From positions 868,001-932,000 of the forward strand of contig OZ361256.1 of the NCBI GenBank assembly GCA_977018835.1: 64,000 bases of DNA, in the 5' to 3' direction. Positions within the stretch are counted from its first letter, which is position 1; every line of letters starts with the position of its first letter. This DNA comes from Minutocellus sp. GHC0000111 (lineage: Eukaryota). The position numbers were made by a program, and so were the translations under genes. The notes under the pieces were generated by a model. It was not told where the DNA came from. It ran no database searches and saw only the letters and a list, made by a program, of their open reading frames with translations. This document shows positions 1-10,662 of the stretch, in pieces.

Positions 1-817
1 CCCTCGCCATCTCTGGCACCACCGAGGCTCGACTTCTCGGAAAGAAGAAGTCCAAGAAAGGAGGAGGATCCAGCGACATCGTCGCTGACAACAGGGTCGG
101 CGCCATCAAGACTGGCGGTGGTGCATCCAACAAGGCCGGTGGTGGAGGGGGAGGATCGAAATTTCGCGATCCCAAGCTAGCGCCTGGAATCCCACCGGGC
201 ACCGTCTGGCCTGGCGACGAATCGACCAACGTCGACAACCGCGTTCCCGGCCAATCGACCGACGGCGATTGCTGCAACGGCGAGGCAGGACCGCAACCGC
301 CCAGTGGCCAAGACAGCGCTGGCAATCGAGTTGGGGGCTGTGCCGTGCCGGAAAGTGGCTTCAAGCCCACCTTCAGCATCGCCAAGAAGGCCGAGGGATT
401 TACATTGAACAACTACATTACCGGCGTCCCCCGAGATTTCGAATGCGAGTGCAATGATCAGGTGAGTGTTATTTGATAATTTTCTCCTGCTTTTTTGCAC
501 TTTTTGTATCGATCCAACAATACAACAATATGCCTCACCACAATATTTTTCACTTCTTCTCCTAATTTAACTTTCTACGACTCCAGTGCGCTGTCCAAGA
601 CGGTTCTTCTAGGATCTGCTGCTTCAAGTCGCACTACTTCATCGGCCAAGACAACAAAAACATCAAGCTATGCGTCGATCTCACTGGCATCACTGAGGCC
701 GCTATGAGCGGCTGCATCGTAACTCCCGAGGAAGAGCCTGTGCTTGTTGGCGACGTTCTCGATGTCGCTCTTCCCGTACTAAGTCGCCCAGGCGTTGATG
801 TCGACCCCAACAAGTAA
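1..817 (+). CDS. Secreted Lys/Gly-rich, Cys-rich protein, 5' end outside window; exons <1-461 and 587-817
   Basis: Frame from nt 3 reads LAISGTTEARLLGKKKSKKGGGSS...FECECNDQ. A GTGAGT...CTCCAG intron (462-586) joins in frame to CAVQDGSSRICCFK...DPNK-TAA. Signal-peptide end followed by RLL and KKKSKK. Missed by the ORF track. Confidence 0.7.
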
Positions 818-1122
818 ACCTCTACAGAAAAGAACATGTATGGTATGGAATATATACTCTCGAGACAGAAGGCTTTTTGCATTGACGATGCAGCCTACAT
901 TGGCGCCCGATGCAGATGTTTGAGCCTTCCAGCCAAGACTCCCAAGAAGAGCATGAAATAAAAATGTATATTGAACGACCCTGAATTACAAACCTGTTTA
1001 CATAGATAGATGTATAAGATGATAAAGTATAGACCCGCATTATATAAACGAGTGGCATTTTATACTTTACTGCTATCCAATAATTTGGCGGCATGCCATG
1101 CATTTCAGTGGATATCCCTTAT

Positions 1123-4100
1123 TTATTTTGCGTCGTACCAGTTCTTATGAACGCAGCTTCCATCGACCAATAATGGCACTGAAGTCTTATCCAAACCAAA
1201 GAACCAAGGTTCTTCCATGCATTTGACCACTTCTGCAAATGCCTCCTCAGCGGTTTCTTCGGGACCCTCAAGGATGACTTCGTCGTGAATTTGCATAAGT
1301 AATATCCAACCAAGCTTCTTCAGTACTGGGCTATTGTTGATCTTGATCATTGCGCTCATGGCAACGTCTGCCGCGCCGCCCTGGATGGGGGTATTGATAC
1401 TAGCGCGGAGGGCATGGCCGACCAGTTTTTGGTTCTTTCCCATTGCCTCGGGGATGTCACGATATCGTCCCATGAGTGTTCGAGTAATCCCCTCCTTCTT
1501 TGCCGTCTGCTTGGTCTTTTGTTGCCACTTGAGTACCTCTGGGCGAGAATCATACCAGGCTTGAAGCATCTTCTCGGCCTCCTGCGGAGAGACACCCCAA
1601 TCCTGACTGAGGCCGTGCGCTGTCTTGCCGTACGCGATGGAAAAGTTGAGAGTCTTGGCCTTGCGTCGTTCCGATGCGAACTCGTCCTTGAGCATTGGCT
1701 TGGGCGGATCACCATTGGCATAGTCCCATTCCAACAGGCACTCGCCGGCGTCGACTTTCTGCTGGATGTAGTCAAACATGCCGAGAGCCGTACGAGAATG
1801 AAAATCACCACCGGCCTCGAAAGCATCGATCATACTCGTACAGTCCGTCATACTGGCGAGAAGACGGAGCTCAAGCTGTCCATAATCGGCAACGATTAGG
1901 TTGTTCCCTGGAGAGGATTGGAAGGCTTGGCGAATCTTGTAAGTGTCCTTCTCCAGAGCTGGCTGGTTTTGCAGGTTGGGCGATCGGGATGATAATCGGC
2001 CGGTCTCGGTGTTGAAGTTGAGCGAACAGTGGACGCGCTTCTTGTCATCGGCGAGGGTCTGGAGGTTCATGATAAAATTGCCAATCTGCAGATGGAAAGA
2101 AAAGGATGTAAAAAACGTCGGCAGACATGAGGCGATGGGAAAGCAAGAAAAAATGATAATAGTAACCAATAACGAGAAAATAGCGCCGACCCAGCTTACC
2201 ATTGTATCGATGGAACCAATCGCTGTCAGACTGTAGAGGGCCACGCACGCATCGTGGCCGACTTTTCCCCCGCCAAAAAACTCGTAGGCTGTGCCGTACT
2301 TTGGATCATCGCCAAGAGGGTCGCCGGCGAGCTTCTTCAACACAGCCGCGGTGACACTTGGTGCTCCTCCGACGGTGTACTTTTCTGGTTCCATCCCAAT
2401 GCTGGTGATGGTAACATCGACGTACTTTGGTTCTTCGGCATTCTTTGCTCGAATTTCTGCCAATGTTTCTTTCAATAGATCATTTCCGTCGCGATTTGCA
2501 GCTCGCTCGAGAGCCTGTGAAATGGTATAAAATGCGTCGTTGTCCTTCGGAACAACCTCACTAAAGATCTCAAGCGAGTACGCTGTATCTTCTTTCAACG
2601 ACTTTCGTAGAGCTGTCTCGTTGCCATTATCGCTGAGACCACGCGCGATGCATGCATCACGAAGGTCGTTGATGTCCATCGAGTCAAAGTCTTCCTCAGA
2701 CGAAGGAACACCTCCAAAGTCCTCGCCGTTGCCATTCTCTTGCATTCCCGCGGAAAGGAAGTGACCACGGAGACGTTCTTGTAGCTCCAACTTCTTGCCA
2801 CTTTGCTTGAGCCCAAACTCCTTGCATAAATCTTTCAACTGCCCGGCCTTCATTTGGTCAAATTCATCTTCTTGGTTTTCAGCGGAATCTGCCATGGATC
2901 CATCTGGATTGGTCTTGGCGGCTTCATCCCTTGCACGGTAGGCCTCCATGGCATTATCTGGAATCTCTTCTCGCGGCACCTTGAATACTCGAACCTTCTC
3001 AGTTTCCTCTTTGGTTTTAGTATTCTGTGCACCACCGAATAGAAAGGTACAGAGCTGGACAGAACTGGCTGGGTTGATAGCGAGGCCATCAGGACCGATA
3101 AGTGTCGCAGCCCACTCCCGAAAGGCCTGCAAATGACGCTCTCGATCTTTTCGGGCCTGTACCTCGACGTCGGCGAGGTAATCGGTGTCCACCCGAATAC
3201 CTCTCCTTTCCATATCAGTCAAGACCTCACCGAAATGCCTCAAAAAGGTCCAGTAATAATCAAACAAATTGTAGCCATTCTTCCAGTCTTTCTTTTGCAG
3301 TCGATTGGCCAGCTCCTGCTGCAATAGCCAGGTACCCTCGGCATCGTACGCGGAATAAAGAATCCAGGACTTGCGGAACCGATGGTCTCGCTGCATCACC
3401 TCAATTGGCGGTATGTCTACAATTGACCCTGGAGTTCCATCTTTACGCAATCGCGGTACACCAAAGATCTCCTTCATAGGCTTCTTTCGCCTCCCAACAA
3501 TATTGGCAGTCAGTGCTTCCAGGCTGTATCCCTTGAGTTCGGTATTGAGATGAAGCCGGCCGGTGTTCTCCAACCGAGCCATGTGCATGGTGTCGCCACC
3601 TAAGCCCCTCACGTCAATCCCCTCATTGAACATGACGTGCCGATCGAAGCCATAGTTGTGCCAAACCTTGAGGAAACGCTCGTCCTCAAACCACGGCTTG
3701 AATTCCTGCAGTATACCCACGGCCTCGTCGAGGTTGTCAATCCAAAGGACCGTGCCGGGCCCATCTCCGAGTCCATAATCGAAGTCAGGACCAGAGTACA
3801 CTGAAGCACAGGTGACGTAACCGTTGCCCACTGGTCCCACATCCTTGAGGTCGATGGACATAACCTCCGTGTCGCACGCATGAAGGATGCTCGGGTCGGC
3901 ATTCATCAGCTTCTCCATAACCTTGCGTGCCTCCTCCTCGGTACGGACGATGGATACGTTGGGGACGGGAAAATCGTTGTTGTCGAAATAACCCTCGTCA
4001 CCGGGCTTGAGACAGATCTGCGGTTCTATGTCAGCCCAGATTTCGGCCGATCGGGACCCAAAGCCCTTGGCCCATTCGAGTGGGTTGGATGGGTCCCATT

Positions 4101-5385
4101 TGCCATCATCCAGAGGCTGAGTCTGCATCGTGACTTCCTCGAGAGGGACAGAGCGTGTCAGTTCCTGTTCTGCCTGATATGGGTCCGTGAAAGGAACATA
4201 ACCTGATGTGGCTACATGAGGTACAGTAGTGGATGCCTGTTCCGCCTCACCATTGATTGCCGTCGGCGGGGACGTTCCGTCTTCTTCTATGATTTCAGAT
4301 GCTTTGATGTCATCCTCGGACGAAAAGGCCGAGGGGGGCAGAGGTCGATCTCCGGCACGCTGACGGGAGGTTTCGCCGCCCAGCCCACCGGGTGCACTGC
4401 GATGAGCAGCAGTAGATGCAGATGCAATGTAATCCAACAGACGTTGCTGCAATTCGGCCTTCTTGCCGCCCTTCTTGAGCTTGAATTTGAGGCACAGATC
4501 GCGAAGTTCGGCCACCTTGAGCGACTTGATGTGCTTTTCGGATGGCATATCCATTGCATCTGACTGCTGAGGAATCTCGTCAGATTTGGAAACTGCCACA
4601 GATTGGCCCGCCTTGACTTCTTCGGTTGGGGTTGGCAAAGGATCGGCGGCATCTGGGACTGGTGATACCACTGATCCATTTTCGACTGGTGATGGCTGGG
4701 CTTGCGATTCATCACCACTTGCGGAGCCATTCACCACCACTTTCTCCACAGATGCCGCCGATGGGTTTCCATTCACCATTAGTGATTCGCCGCCAGAATC
4801 TCCGTAATACTCCCCCGCATCGTAACCCAAGCTGCTCTCGCCCGAATAAGCCGAGGGGGGCATCGGCCGACGGCCAGCACCGAACCGCTGGGAGGCATTC
4901 GTCGAAGCGGCACGCTGCCGGGAGGTATCCCCGCCCTCACCACCCGAAGCGCTGCGACGGACCGCTGCACCCTCCACAGCCGAGAATAGTCGTGTGGTTG
5001 TTTGGCGATGATGATGAGGGGCGAATGGTCGGGGCGAGGAGGAGAGGGCGGTGCCAGTAGCATAAGTATTGGTGTTAACGCTGGGACTCAAGCGTGAGGC
5101 AGAAGCAGCTGGTCGGCGCCGTGTCTTCGCGGCGGCCGCCGATGAAAGTGCCCTCCGAGCCGCCGAGGCGACCGCCGACGATCCGGCGCTGAATGCTGCC
5201 GCCGGTGCCATCGCGTTCAATGCAAGCGTTATCAGCAAGGCAATGCCAAGAAAGGTGAGGTTCGCTGCAGTCGAGCGCTGGGAGCAGGACGCACGATATG
5301 TGCTGCTCGAATGCGAAGAAGACGACGACGAGGAGGGCGCTGATCGTCGTGACTTCGCGACGATACCCGCCGCTGCCGGAGTCAT
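1123..5385 (-). CDS. POP: Organellar DNA polymerase I-like (POP, family A) with 3'-5' exonuclease and three SAP motifs; intron 2086-2199
   Basis: Exonuclease motifs HACDTE, KVWHNYGFD, YSAYDA. PolA motifs TETGRLSSRSPNLQNQP, ADYGQLELR, RRKAKTLNFSIAYG, QIHDEV. Hydrophobic leader ending AAA-FSA. GTAAGC...CTGCAG intron of 114 nt. Confidence 0.95.
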   Translation of the reverse strand: MTPAAAGIVAKSRRSAPSSSSSSSHSSSTYRASCSQRSTAANLTFLGIALLITLALNAMAPAAAFSAGSSAVASAARRALSSAAAAKTRRRPAASASRLSPSVNTNTYATGTALSSSPRPFAPHHHRQTTTRLFSAVEGAAVRRSASGGEGGDTSRQRAASTNASQRFGAGRRPMPPSAYSGESSLGYDAGEYYGDSGGESLMVNGNPSAASVEKVVVNGSASGDESQAQPSPVENGSVVSPVPDAADPLPTPTEEVKAGQSVAVSKSDEIPQQSDAMDMPSEKHIKSLKVAELRDLCLKFKLKKGGKKAELQQRLLDYIASASTAAHRSAPGGLGGETSRQRAGDRPLPPSAFSSEDDIKASEIIEEDGTSPPTAINGEAEQASTTVPHVATSGYVPFTDPYQAEQELTRSVPLEEVTMQTQPLDDGKWDPSNPLEWAKGFGSRSAEIWADIEPQICLKPGDEGYFDNNDFPVPNVSIVRTEEEARKVMEKLMNADPSILHACDTEVMSIDLKDVGPVGNGYVTCASVYSGPDFDYGLGDGPGTVLWIDNLDEAVGILQEFKPWFEDERFLKVWHNYGFDRHVMFNEGIDVRGLGGDTMHMARLENTGRLHLNTELKGYSLEALTANIVGRRKKPMKEIFGVPRLRKDGTPGSIVDIPPIEVMQRDHRFRKSWILYSAYDAEGTWLLQQELANRLQKKDWKNGYNLFDYYWTFLRHFGEVLTDMERRGIRVDTDYLADVEVQARKDRERHLQAFREWAATLIGPDGLAINPASSVQLCTFLFGGAQNTKTKEETEKVRVFKVPREEIPDNAMEAYRARDEAAKTNPDGSMADSAENQEDEFDQMKAGQLKDLCKEFGLKQSGKKLELQERLRGHFLSAGMQENGNGEDFGGVPSSEEDFDSMDINDLRDACIARGLSDNGNETALRKSLKEDTAYSLEIFSEVVPKDNDAFYTISQALERAANRDGNDLLKETLAEIRAKNAEEPKYVDVTITSIGMEPEKYTVGGAPSVTAAVLKKLAGDPLGDDPKYGTAYEFFGGGKVGHDACVALYSLTAIGSIDTMVSWVGAIFSLLVTIIIFSCFPIASCLPTFFTSFSFHLQIGNFIMNLQTLADDKKRVHCSLNFNTETGRLSSRSPNLQNQPALEKDTYKIRQAFQSSPGNNLIVADYGQLELRLLASMTDCTSMIDAFEAGGDFHSRTALGMFDYIQQKVDAGECLLEWDYANGDPPKPMLKDEFASERRKAKTLNFSIAYGKTAHGLSQDWGVSPQEAEKMLQAWYDSRPEVLKWQQKTKQTAKKEGITRTLMGRYRDIPEAMGKNQKLVGHALRASINTPIQGGAADVAMSAMIKINNSPVLKKLGWILLMQIHDEVILEGPEETAEEAFAEVVKCMEEPWFFGLDKTSVPLLVDGSCVHKNWYDAK

Positions 5386-5659
5386 GCAAGCGAGAGGGTG
5401 GTCTGCGGTGCTTGTGTAGCGTCTTTGTTTCCGTATGCAATGCTACAAGCGAGGCGTCAACCACCGACCACCGACCACCGGCTATCTCAAGTTGCAAAGT
5501 GTTGTTCAAATTTTGTGGTTGGCGCCGGCGCCAAAGCCGGCCCGGTCGACGTGACACGTCATCAAGAAAGCACCCCTGCTTGCGGCGGTGCGCCCTCATT
5601 CTTGATGGCCGGCCACCGAGTGAGTCTCCGCCGTTCCGGCCCGTGCAAAGCAGCATGCC

Positions 5660-5830
5660 ATGAGCAGCCCGTCTAACTCTCGAAAGCGCAAGGCCGATGC
5701 CTTGAAGGTCGAAGATGGCGATGAACCCGAGGCAGAACCCAAAGCCGACGCTTCATCGGCAGCTCATCTGCCCGCCCCTTGTGCAAGGATGTTCGACAGT
5801 TCCTGTTGGCTGGGAAGATCATGGCAGTAG
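5660..5830 (+). pseudogene. Possible truncated gene start (MSSPSNSRKRKADALK...HLPAP), divergent from POP
   Basis: Coding-like ATG ORF with an NLS-like RKRK that breaks down after HLPAP, just upstream of the LINE relic. Confidence 0.3.
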
Positions 5831-5942
5831 TCGAGGCAGCACGGCACGTGGAAGTTCTAAATCCAGATTTTTACATAAATTACTAGAGCATGCACAGGAC
5901 AAGAAGATACCATGCATGAAGATTATCACGCATTAGATCTGC

Positions 5943-7140
5943 ATGGACTACTGTAGTCTAGAGACTAGACGGCTTCAATTAACGGTAATTTTCCTAACTC
6001 TACCAATTACTGACCAAACGCAAAGGGCTACAATCTTGGAGGTGTGCCAGGTCCAAGACATCATCCAAACGATGGACCTTCGTCGGGCGCGCTGGATCGA
6101 GAAGCTGTCGCACATGGACTTCACCCGATGCCCTCGTCTTCTCTTTGGCTGCTGGCTGTACGGTAGGGTGTACCACCGAGATTCCAAGCCACTCAAGACG
6201 ATTGGACACTCCCACACCGACAGTCTGAAGCGTATCGGTGAAGCTTCGTTCCTCGAAGATGGTGTTGCAACAATAGCTCCGTTCGTCAAAAAAGCTGGAT
6301 CAATCACCGTCGCTCCTCGGACATACCCACTGTTTCAACTAGTGCAATCGAAAGCCTGGCCATCGATGATGGAGAAGTATTTGGGACTCGAGCCCGGCAC
6401 CTATGCTACCTTCAAGCCTACGGCGCCGGGGCAGATGCCACCGAGAAGGTCCAGAGCCGTCATCGCCATCGAACCATCGACGCCGAGCAACGATAGAGGC
6501 CCCGCTGTTTGTGGAAATTGCCGCTGCGTCGATTGCCTCGGCCCGCCGTGCCTCTCGCCTCTCAGCCGACCTCCCCTTTGCAATAGTTGTGGATTTCGCC
6601 ATGGTCCAACATGCACACAGTGCTCCCTCATCACTACCAACGAAAACAACGCCGTCATCACAGAGCCGTTTACTGCCGATGACGTAGAAGTAGCCGTCAA
6701 CGAATTATCTCCCCGTTCGACTCAGAGTATCAGCCGCGCTACCATGTCTCCGATGATAAATGCTCTTACTAATGCTACAGTAGCTGCAGTAATAGCATCC
6801 GTCGAAGAAGACACAGAAGTGCCCGTACCAAGAAGAACTACCAGGAGCCAATCAGCCAGACTTAATCTGGCAGCTACCTTCGAAGGCTTCGCACCGGCCA
6901 ACAATCCCAACGCTTGGAGAGACCGTGACCTCGAATAGACCTACAAGTACTGACCCTCACCTCACCCTCACTCAATCTTACCCTACAATGTTTACAATTG
7001 CGATTTTTCGTTTATATTATTGATATTTGTTCTTACTGATGCAAGTGAGGCTACCTATTCAATCGAATTTGGTTCTAACTTTTCATTATGATAGATAGAT
7101 TTAAGCTGTACTTAGCGGGACGAACACCACCACCACCACC
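5943..7140 (+). mobile_element. 5'-truncated non-LTR retrotransposon (RTE-like LINE) 3' relic
   Basis: ORF 5943-6938 contains RRARWIEKLSHM..RCPRLLFGCW, resembling the RRLRWLGH-x-RM..RLP motif downstream of LINE RT domains. A Cys cluster follows. No RT core. An AT-rich 3' region ends in (CAC)n at about 7126-7140. Confidence 0.55.
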
Positions 7141-7239
7141 ACAGATCTAGATTCAATTTATTTGGACCAAAACAACAGCTTCGTCCTATAATAAGAAGTC
7201 AAACACTGAAACAGGAATTTGCACGAACACATGCCCACA

Positions 7240-8694
7240 CTAAGGCAACAACTCACTGCACGTGTTCTGGATGCATCTATCACAACCACTTAGCAAAGTG
7301 CTAGCACTGATGCAATCTTCCTCATACACGCAAAAAGATCCACACCTAGCGGGGCCGATCCGTTTGCATTCATCATCCGTAAATCCTGCGAGGGTGGCAA
7401 GACATTGGTTGTTGTAACGACAAAATGAATCACCACATGCAACTGGCCTCAATTCGGTGGTACAACTTCCACCAATCGGATCAGGACACGATACGGGCCT
7501 CGACTTGCACTCGCCACCGGCGCAGTAGGGACAGCCGCCAAGGCCACTAACTCCCGTTCTGCATTGCTCGTCGGTCACACATTTAGACCCACATTCAAAC
7601 AGCTCGCCGAATCTCGACCAACTGCAAATGCCTTCGGTGCAGTACGGACACGCTCCGTTGGCATTCGCTCTGTTGGCACACTGCTCGTCAAATATGCACT
7701 CAAATCCACATGGAAACTCGTCAGGTCTCGATCTGCATTTTCCAGAGGCACAATAGGGACAACCATCATCGCCTTGAACTCCACTCTCGCACTCCTTATC
7801 GGTGTTGCAGTCCGATCCACACTGATACTCGTCATCTACCTTGGTGCACTCGGACCGTTTGAATCCGGCCGCCTGGAAATCACACACGGAGTTGTATTTG
7901 CAGTCCAAGTCTCCGCAAACGAATGACTTTTGGGGGGCAAAGAGGCAATCGTTGCTACCACCAGGTGGGCAATCGGAGCTGAGCGGGGGCAGCAGTACAC
8001 TCTTGATTACGTGGACCATGCCATCGTCAGCGACCGCAATATTCTGCTGCCGAAATTCAATGTTGGGGTACTTGCGTCCGGCATCGTACAGCTTTGTAAC
8101 TCGTTTGCTCTGCTTCTTCACCTCGATTTCAAAGCATTCGCAGTAGGTAATGAAGGATCCCTTTTCGCGAAGATCCTTGACCGTCATCTGACCGCTTGCG
8201 GCGTGATACGTTAGGATGGCGACCAGCGTGTCCTGGAGAGGACCCAATCCAGACAATAGATTGCCATAAAATTCCAGCAATTTCTCTGGAGTGCATCCAC
8301 CATCGTAGTCGAAATCATTCCTTGCGGTGCGACAAAAGGCATTATCGTTCGGTGCAAACAAAGTAAAGTCCTCGAGTATTCCAGGATCCAGTTCCGAAAG
8401 TTCGATCAGTTGTAGCAAGATTTCGAAGCCTTTGTTTGGTCCGCTTTCTACAGTGAGATACTCGAGCAGCTCTTGTGCTGTTAGGTCCTCGTATTGGCGA
8501 TTGATTTTGCCGTGGTTGAAGGATGAGGAGGATGAAGAGACCGATTTCTTCTTGTGGCGACGTCTTCCCTTTTTCTTTTTGTGTCGTCTCTTCTTTCTAC
8601 CGCTGCCGCCGCCTCCCAGCAGCGCATCAGCTGGCGCTATCAAGAGGGTGATAATGAAAAAGAGCAGTAGGAGGGAAGAGAGGGGTCGGCTCAT
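7240..8694 (-). CDS. Secreted fasciclin (FAS1) domain protein with Cys-rich C-terminal repeats
   Basis: Signal peptide (MSRPLSSLLLLFFIITLLIAPADA). FAS1 motifs FTLFAPNDNAF, ILTYH and GMVHVIKSVLLP. Repeated CGxxCxxDxxC...CPYCxxGxC units. Confidence 0.9.
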   Translation of the reverse strand: MSRPLSSLLLLFFIITLLIAPADALLGGGGSGRKKRRHKKKKGRRRHKKKSVSSSSSSFNHGKINRQYEDLTAQELLEYLTVESGPNKGFEILLQLIELSELDPGILEDFTLFAPNDNAFCRTARNDFDYDGGCTPEKLLEFYGNLLSGLGPLQDTLVAILTYHAASGQMTVKDLREKGSFITYCECFEIEVKKQSKRVTKLYDAGRKYPNIEFRQQNIAVADDGMVHVIKSVLLPPLSSDCPPGGSNDCLFAPQKSFVCGDLDCKYNSVCDFQAAGFKRSECTKVDDEYQCGSDCNTDKECESGVQGDDGCPYCASGKCRSRPDEFPCGFECIFDEQCANRANANGACPYCTEGICSWSRFGELFECGSKCVTDEQCRTGVSGLGGCPYCAGGECKSRPVSCPDPIGGSCTTELRPVACGDSFCRYNNQCLATLAGFTDDECKRIGPARCGSFCVYEEDCISASTLLSGCDRCIQNTCSELLP

Positions 8695-9222
8695 GATTGT
8701 TCGTACGAGCGGCTGCAAAAACCAACCAGCGCAATTGTAGGTAGACCAGATTGCGTTCCTTCCTGTATCGTCTACTTTCGTGCCTTTCTCGATCAGTTAG
8801 TTCAATTGAATTGTAGCCCAGATCAGATCAGATTGATATCAGCAGAGGATGTGCTCGAAATTTTGCAGATCGAAAAGATGCCGATGATTTGGGGTAAAGT
8901 GGGACGAGCACAGCTACCTTCCCGAGGTATTTACTCTGTTTGTTTATCTACTCTGTCGATCTTTCCCAGATCCTGTCGGTAGCTTCCTTGCTGGAGATGA
9001 TGGGGCGGGGCGATGACGAGATGGAGGCAGTTCGAATGATTTAGCCTGGTCTTTGTGCCACGTCATCGAGAAAGCAACACAGCTCGAGAGCTCCTTTTTC
9101 TTTTCTGCACCGGTAGATCTACCATGGTACGATCGTACGATCGTACCTGGTAGATAACTCAAATTCTAAAATATTTAATAGAGCCTCCAGATAATTACAT
9201 TTTTATTAGCAAAGTTAGGAAG

Positions 9223-10662
9223 TTATTCTTCCTCTTCGTCGCTCTCGCTCTCTTCCCCCTCCTCATCTTCTTCTTCTCCTTCCTCCTCGTCATCATCCTC
9301 AATCTCCGCTACTCGCAATCCCGTCATCTTGCCCAACCCGGCATCGCTCAATGCCATATCACCATCCTCTACATCGCCCCAGACAAATTTCTTTTGGCCC
9401 GTCATGGTGCTGAGCTCTACCTTCTCTCTCTCCATCCCAAACAACCCATCCACCCAATTGAACACGGTCGCCATATCTTCGTCTCCATCGAAGCGTCGCT
9501 GACCGCGACGTCCATCGGCAAATCGCAGAGCGATGGTGACCACACCGTCCCCGCCAGCCTCGGGTTCCTCGGGCAGAGATTCCGCCAACTCCTTTCGGCG
9601 CTTTTCCATGGCGGCCTTGCGTTCCTTCTCCATCTGTTCCTTTGCCAGACGCTCCTCCTCCTCCCGTTGGGCCTGGATCTCACGCTCCCTGTCCTCCACC
9701 TGACTGTCGGCATATCCCTTTTGTCGCTCGACGTATAATTCTGCCTCCCGTTTCTGATGCTGCATCACCGCATACTGCTTGCCGTGTCGCTTGCGCAGCG
9801 AAGACAACCACGCCGCCATGGCCGTCGGGTTGGGCGGCGGGTTGCCATGATGCTGCGCCAGTACCCTGGGCTGGAGCTTGGGACGGCCCGTCGAGGGATC
9901 GAGCTGGGTGGACGACTGGGCGACGTAGGCCACGAGGAGGATGGGGCTGGTCGTACCACCCTTGCTCGGATGCTTGGCTTTGAGACGTTTCATCGCCGCG
10001 CTGATCTCGGCACTGCTGGCATTCTCGGCCGACCAGATGAGGAACGAACCGAGTTTGCTGTTACCGTTGCTCTTCTCGCCCTTCTTCTTTTTGGACGGTC
10101 GATTGGCCGCCCTTGCAACTTCCTTGCTTCCCAGGCTGTTCGCGGCAATACCATTGTTGGATTTGGACTTGGAACTTCTCCCCTTGGCGGGAATGTACAC
10201 CACGAGCAGTCGGGCCTGGGAGCGAGCAATTGCCATGGCGGTTGCGAGGGGCGTGGTGCCGCCTTCCAATATGTGCTCAGTGGTGGATGATTCAGAGGAG
10301 GTTGAGGATGATGATGCACCACCACGAATCTGCAGATATGACGGGATACATTCTTGTTCGGGTGCTGATATTGTTCTCTCGTTGGCAGCATTGATATCTT
10401 GGTCACCAAGCATGACGTTGAGATTATTGGTCGGTGCCAACGGCGCTGATGATTGACCAAGCCGAGGGACAAATGGCACTCCTCGACGTGACGAGAGTGG
10501 TCCAGCCTCGACAGCCACAATGACTTGTTGCAAGCAAATGCCAGCAATCGTCGCCGACAGAAGCGACGCACGCGTTCGTCTCGATGCCGATATCCGTCGG
10601 CCAATCATTTGCATTCCAGTGGCAAGTTGAAGTTTGGGTCTACTTTTTCGATTGCTTCGCAT
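9223..10662 (-). CDS. UBX-domain Cdc48/p97 adaptor (FAF2/Ubx2-like) with N-terminal signal-type leader; start uncertain (10662 or 10614)
   Basis: UAS-like LATAMAIARSQARLLVVYI, coiled coil, then LPEEP...TIALRFADGRRGQRRF..TVFNWV (UBX), and an acidic tail. Hydrophobic segment ending VEA-G. Confidence 0.85.
   Translation of the reverse strand: MRSNRKSRPKLQLATGMQMIGRRISASRRTRASLLSATIAGICLQQVIVAVEAGPLSSRRGVPFVPRLGQSSAPLAPTNNLNVMLGDQDINAANERTISAPEQECIPSYLQIRGGASSSSTSSESSTTEHILEGGTTPLATAMAIARSQARLLVVYIPAKGRSSKSKSNNGIAANSLGSKEVARAANRPSKKKKGEKSNGNSKLGSFLIWSAENASSAEISAAMKRLKAKHPSKGGTTSPILLVAYVAQSSTQLDPSTGRPKLQPRVLAQHHGNPPPNPTAMAAWLSSLRKRHGKQYAVMQHQKREAELYVERQKGYADSQVEDREREIQAQREEEERLAKEQMEKERKAAMEKRRKELAESLPEEPEAGGDGVVTIALRFADGRRGQRRFDGDEDMATVFNWVDGLFGMEREKVELSTMTGQKKFVWGDVEDGDMALSDAGLGKMTGLRVAEIEDDDEEEGEEEDEEGEESESDEEEE

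Noticed and set aside
2086..2199. Apparent transmembrane segment inside the POP ORF; similar inserts in the Kir (34146-34256) and SNF2 (40905-41018) ORFs
   Set aside because: These are stop-free GT-AG introns of length 3n read through by the ORF caller.
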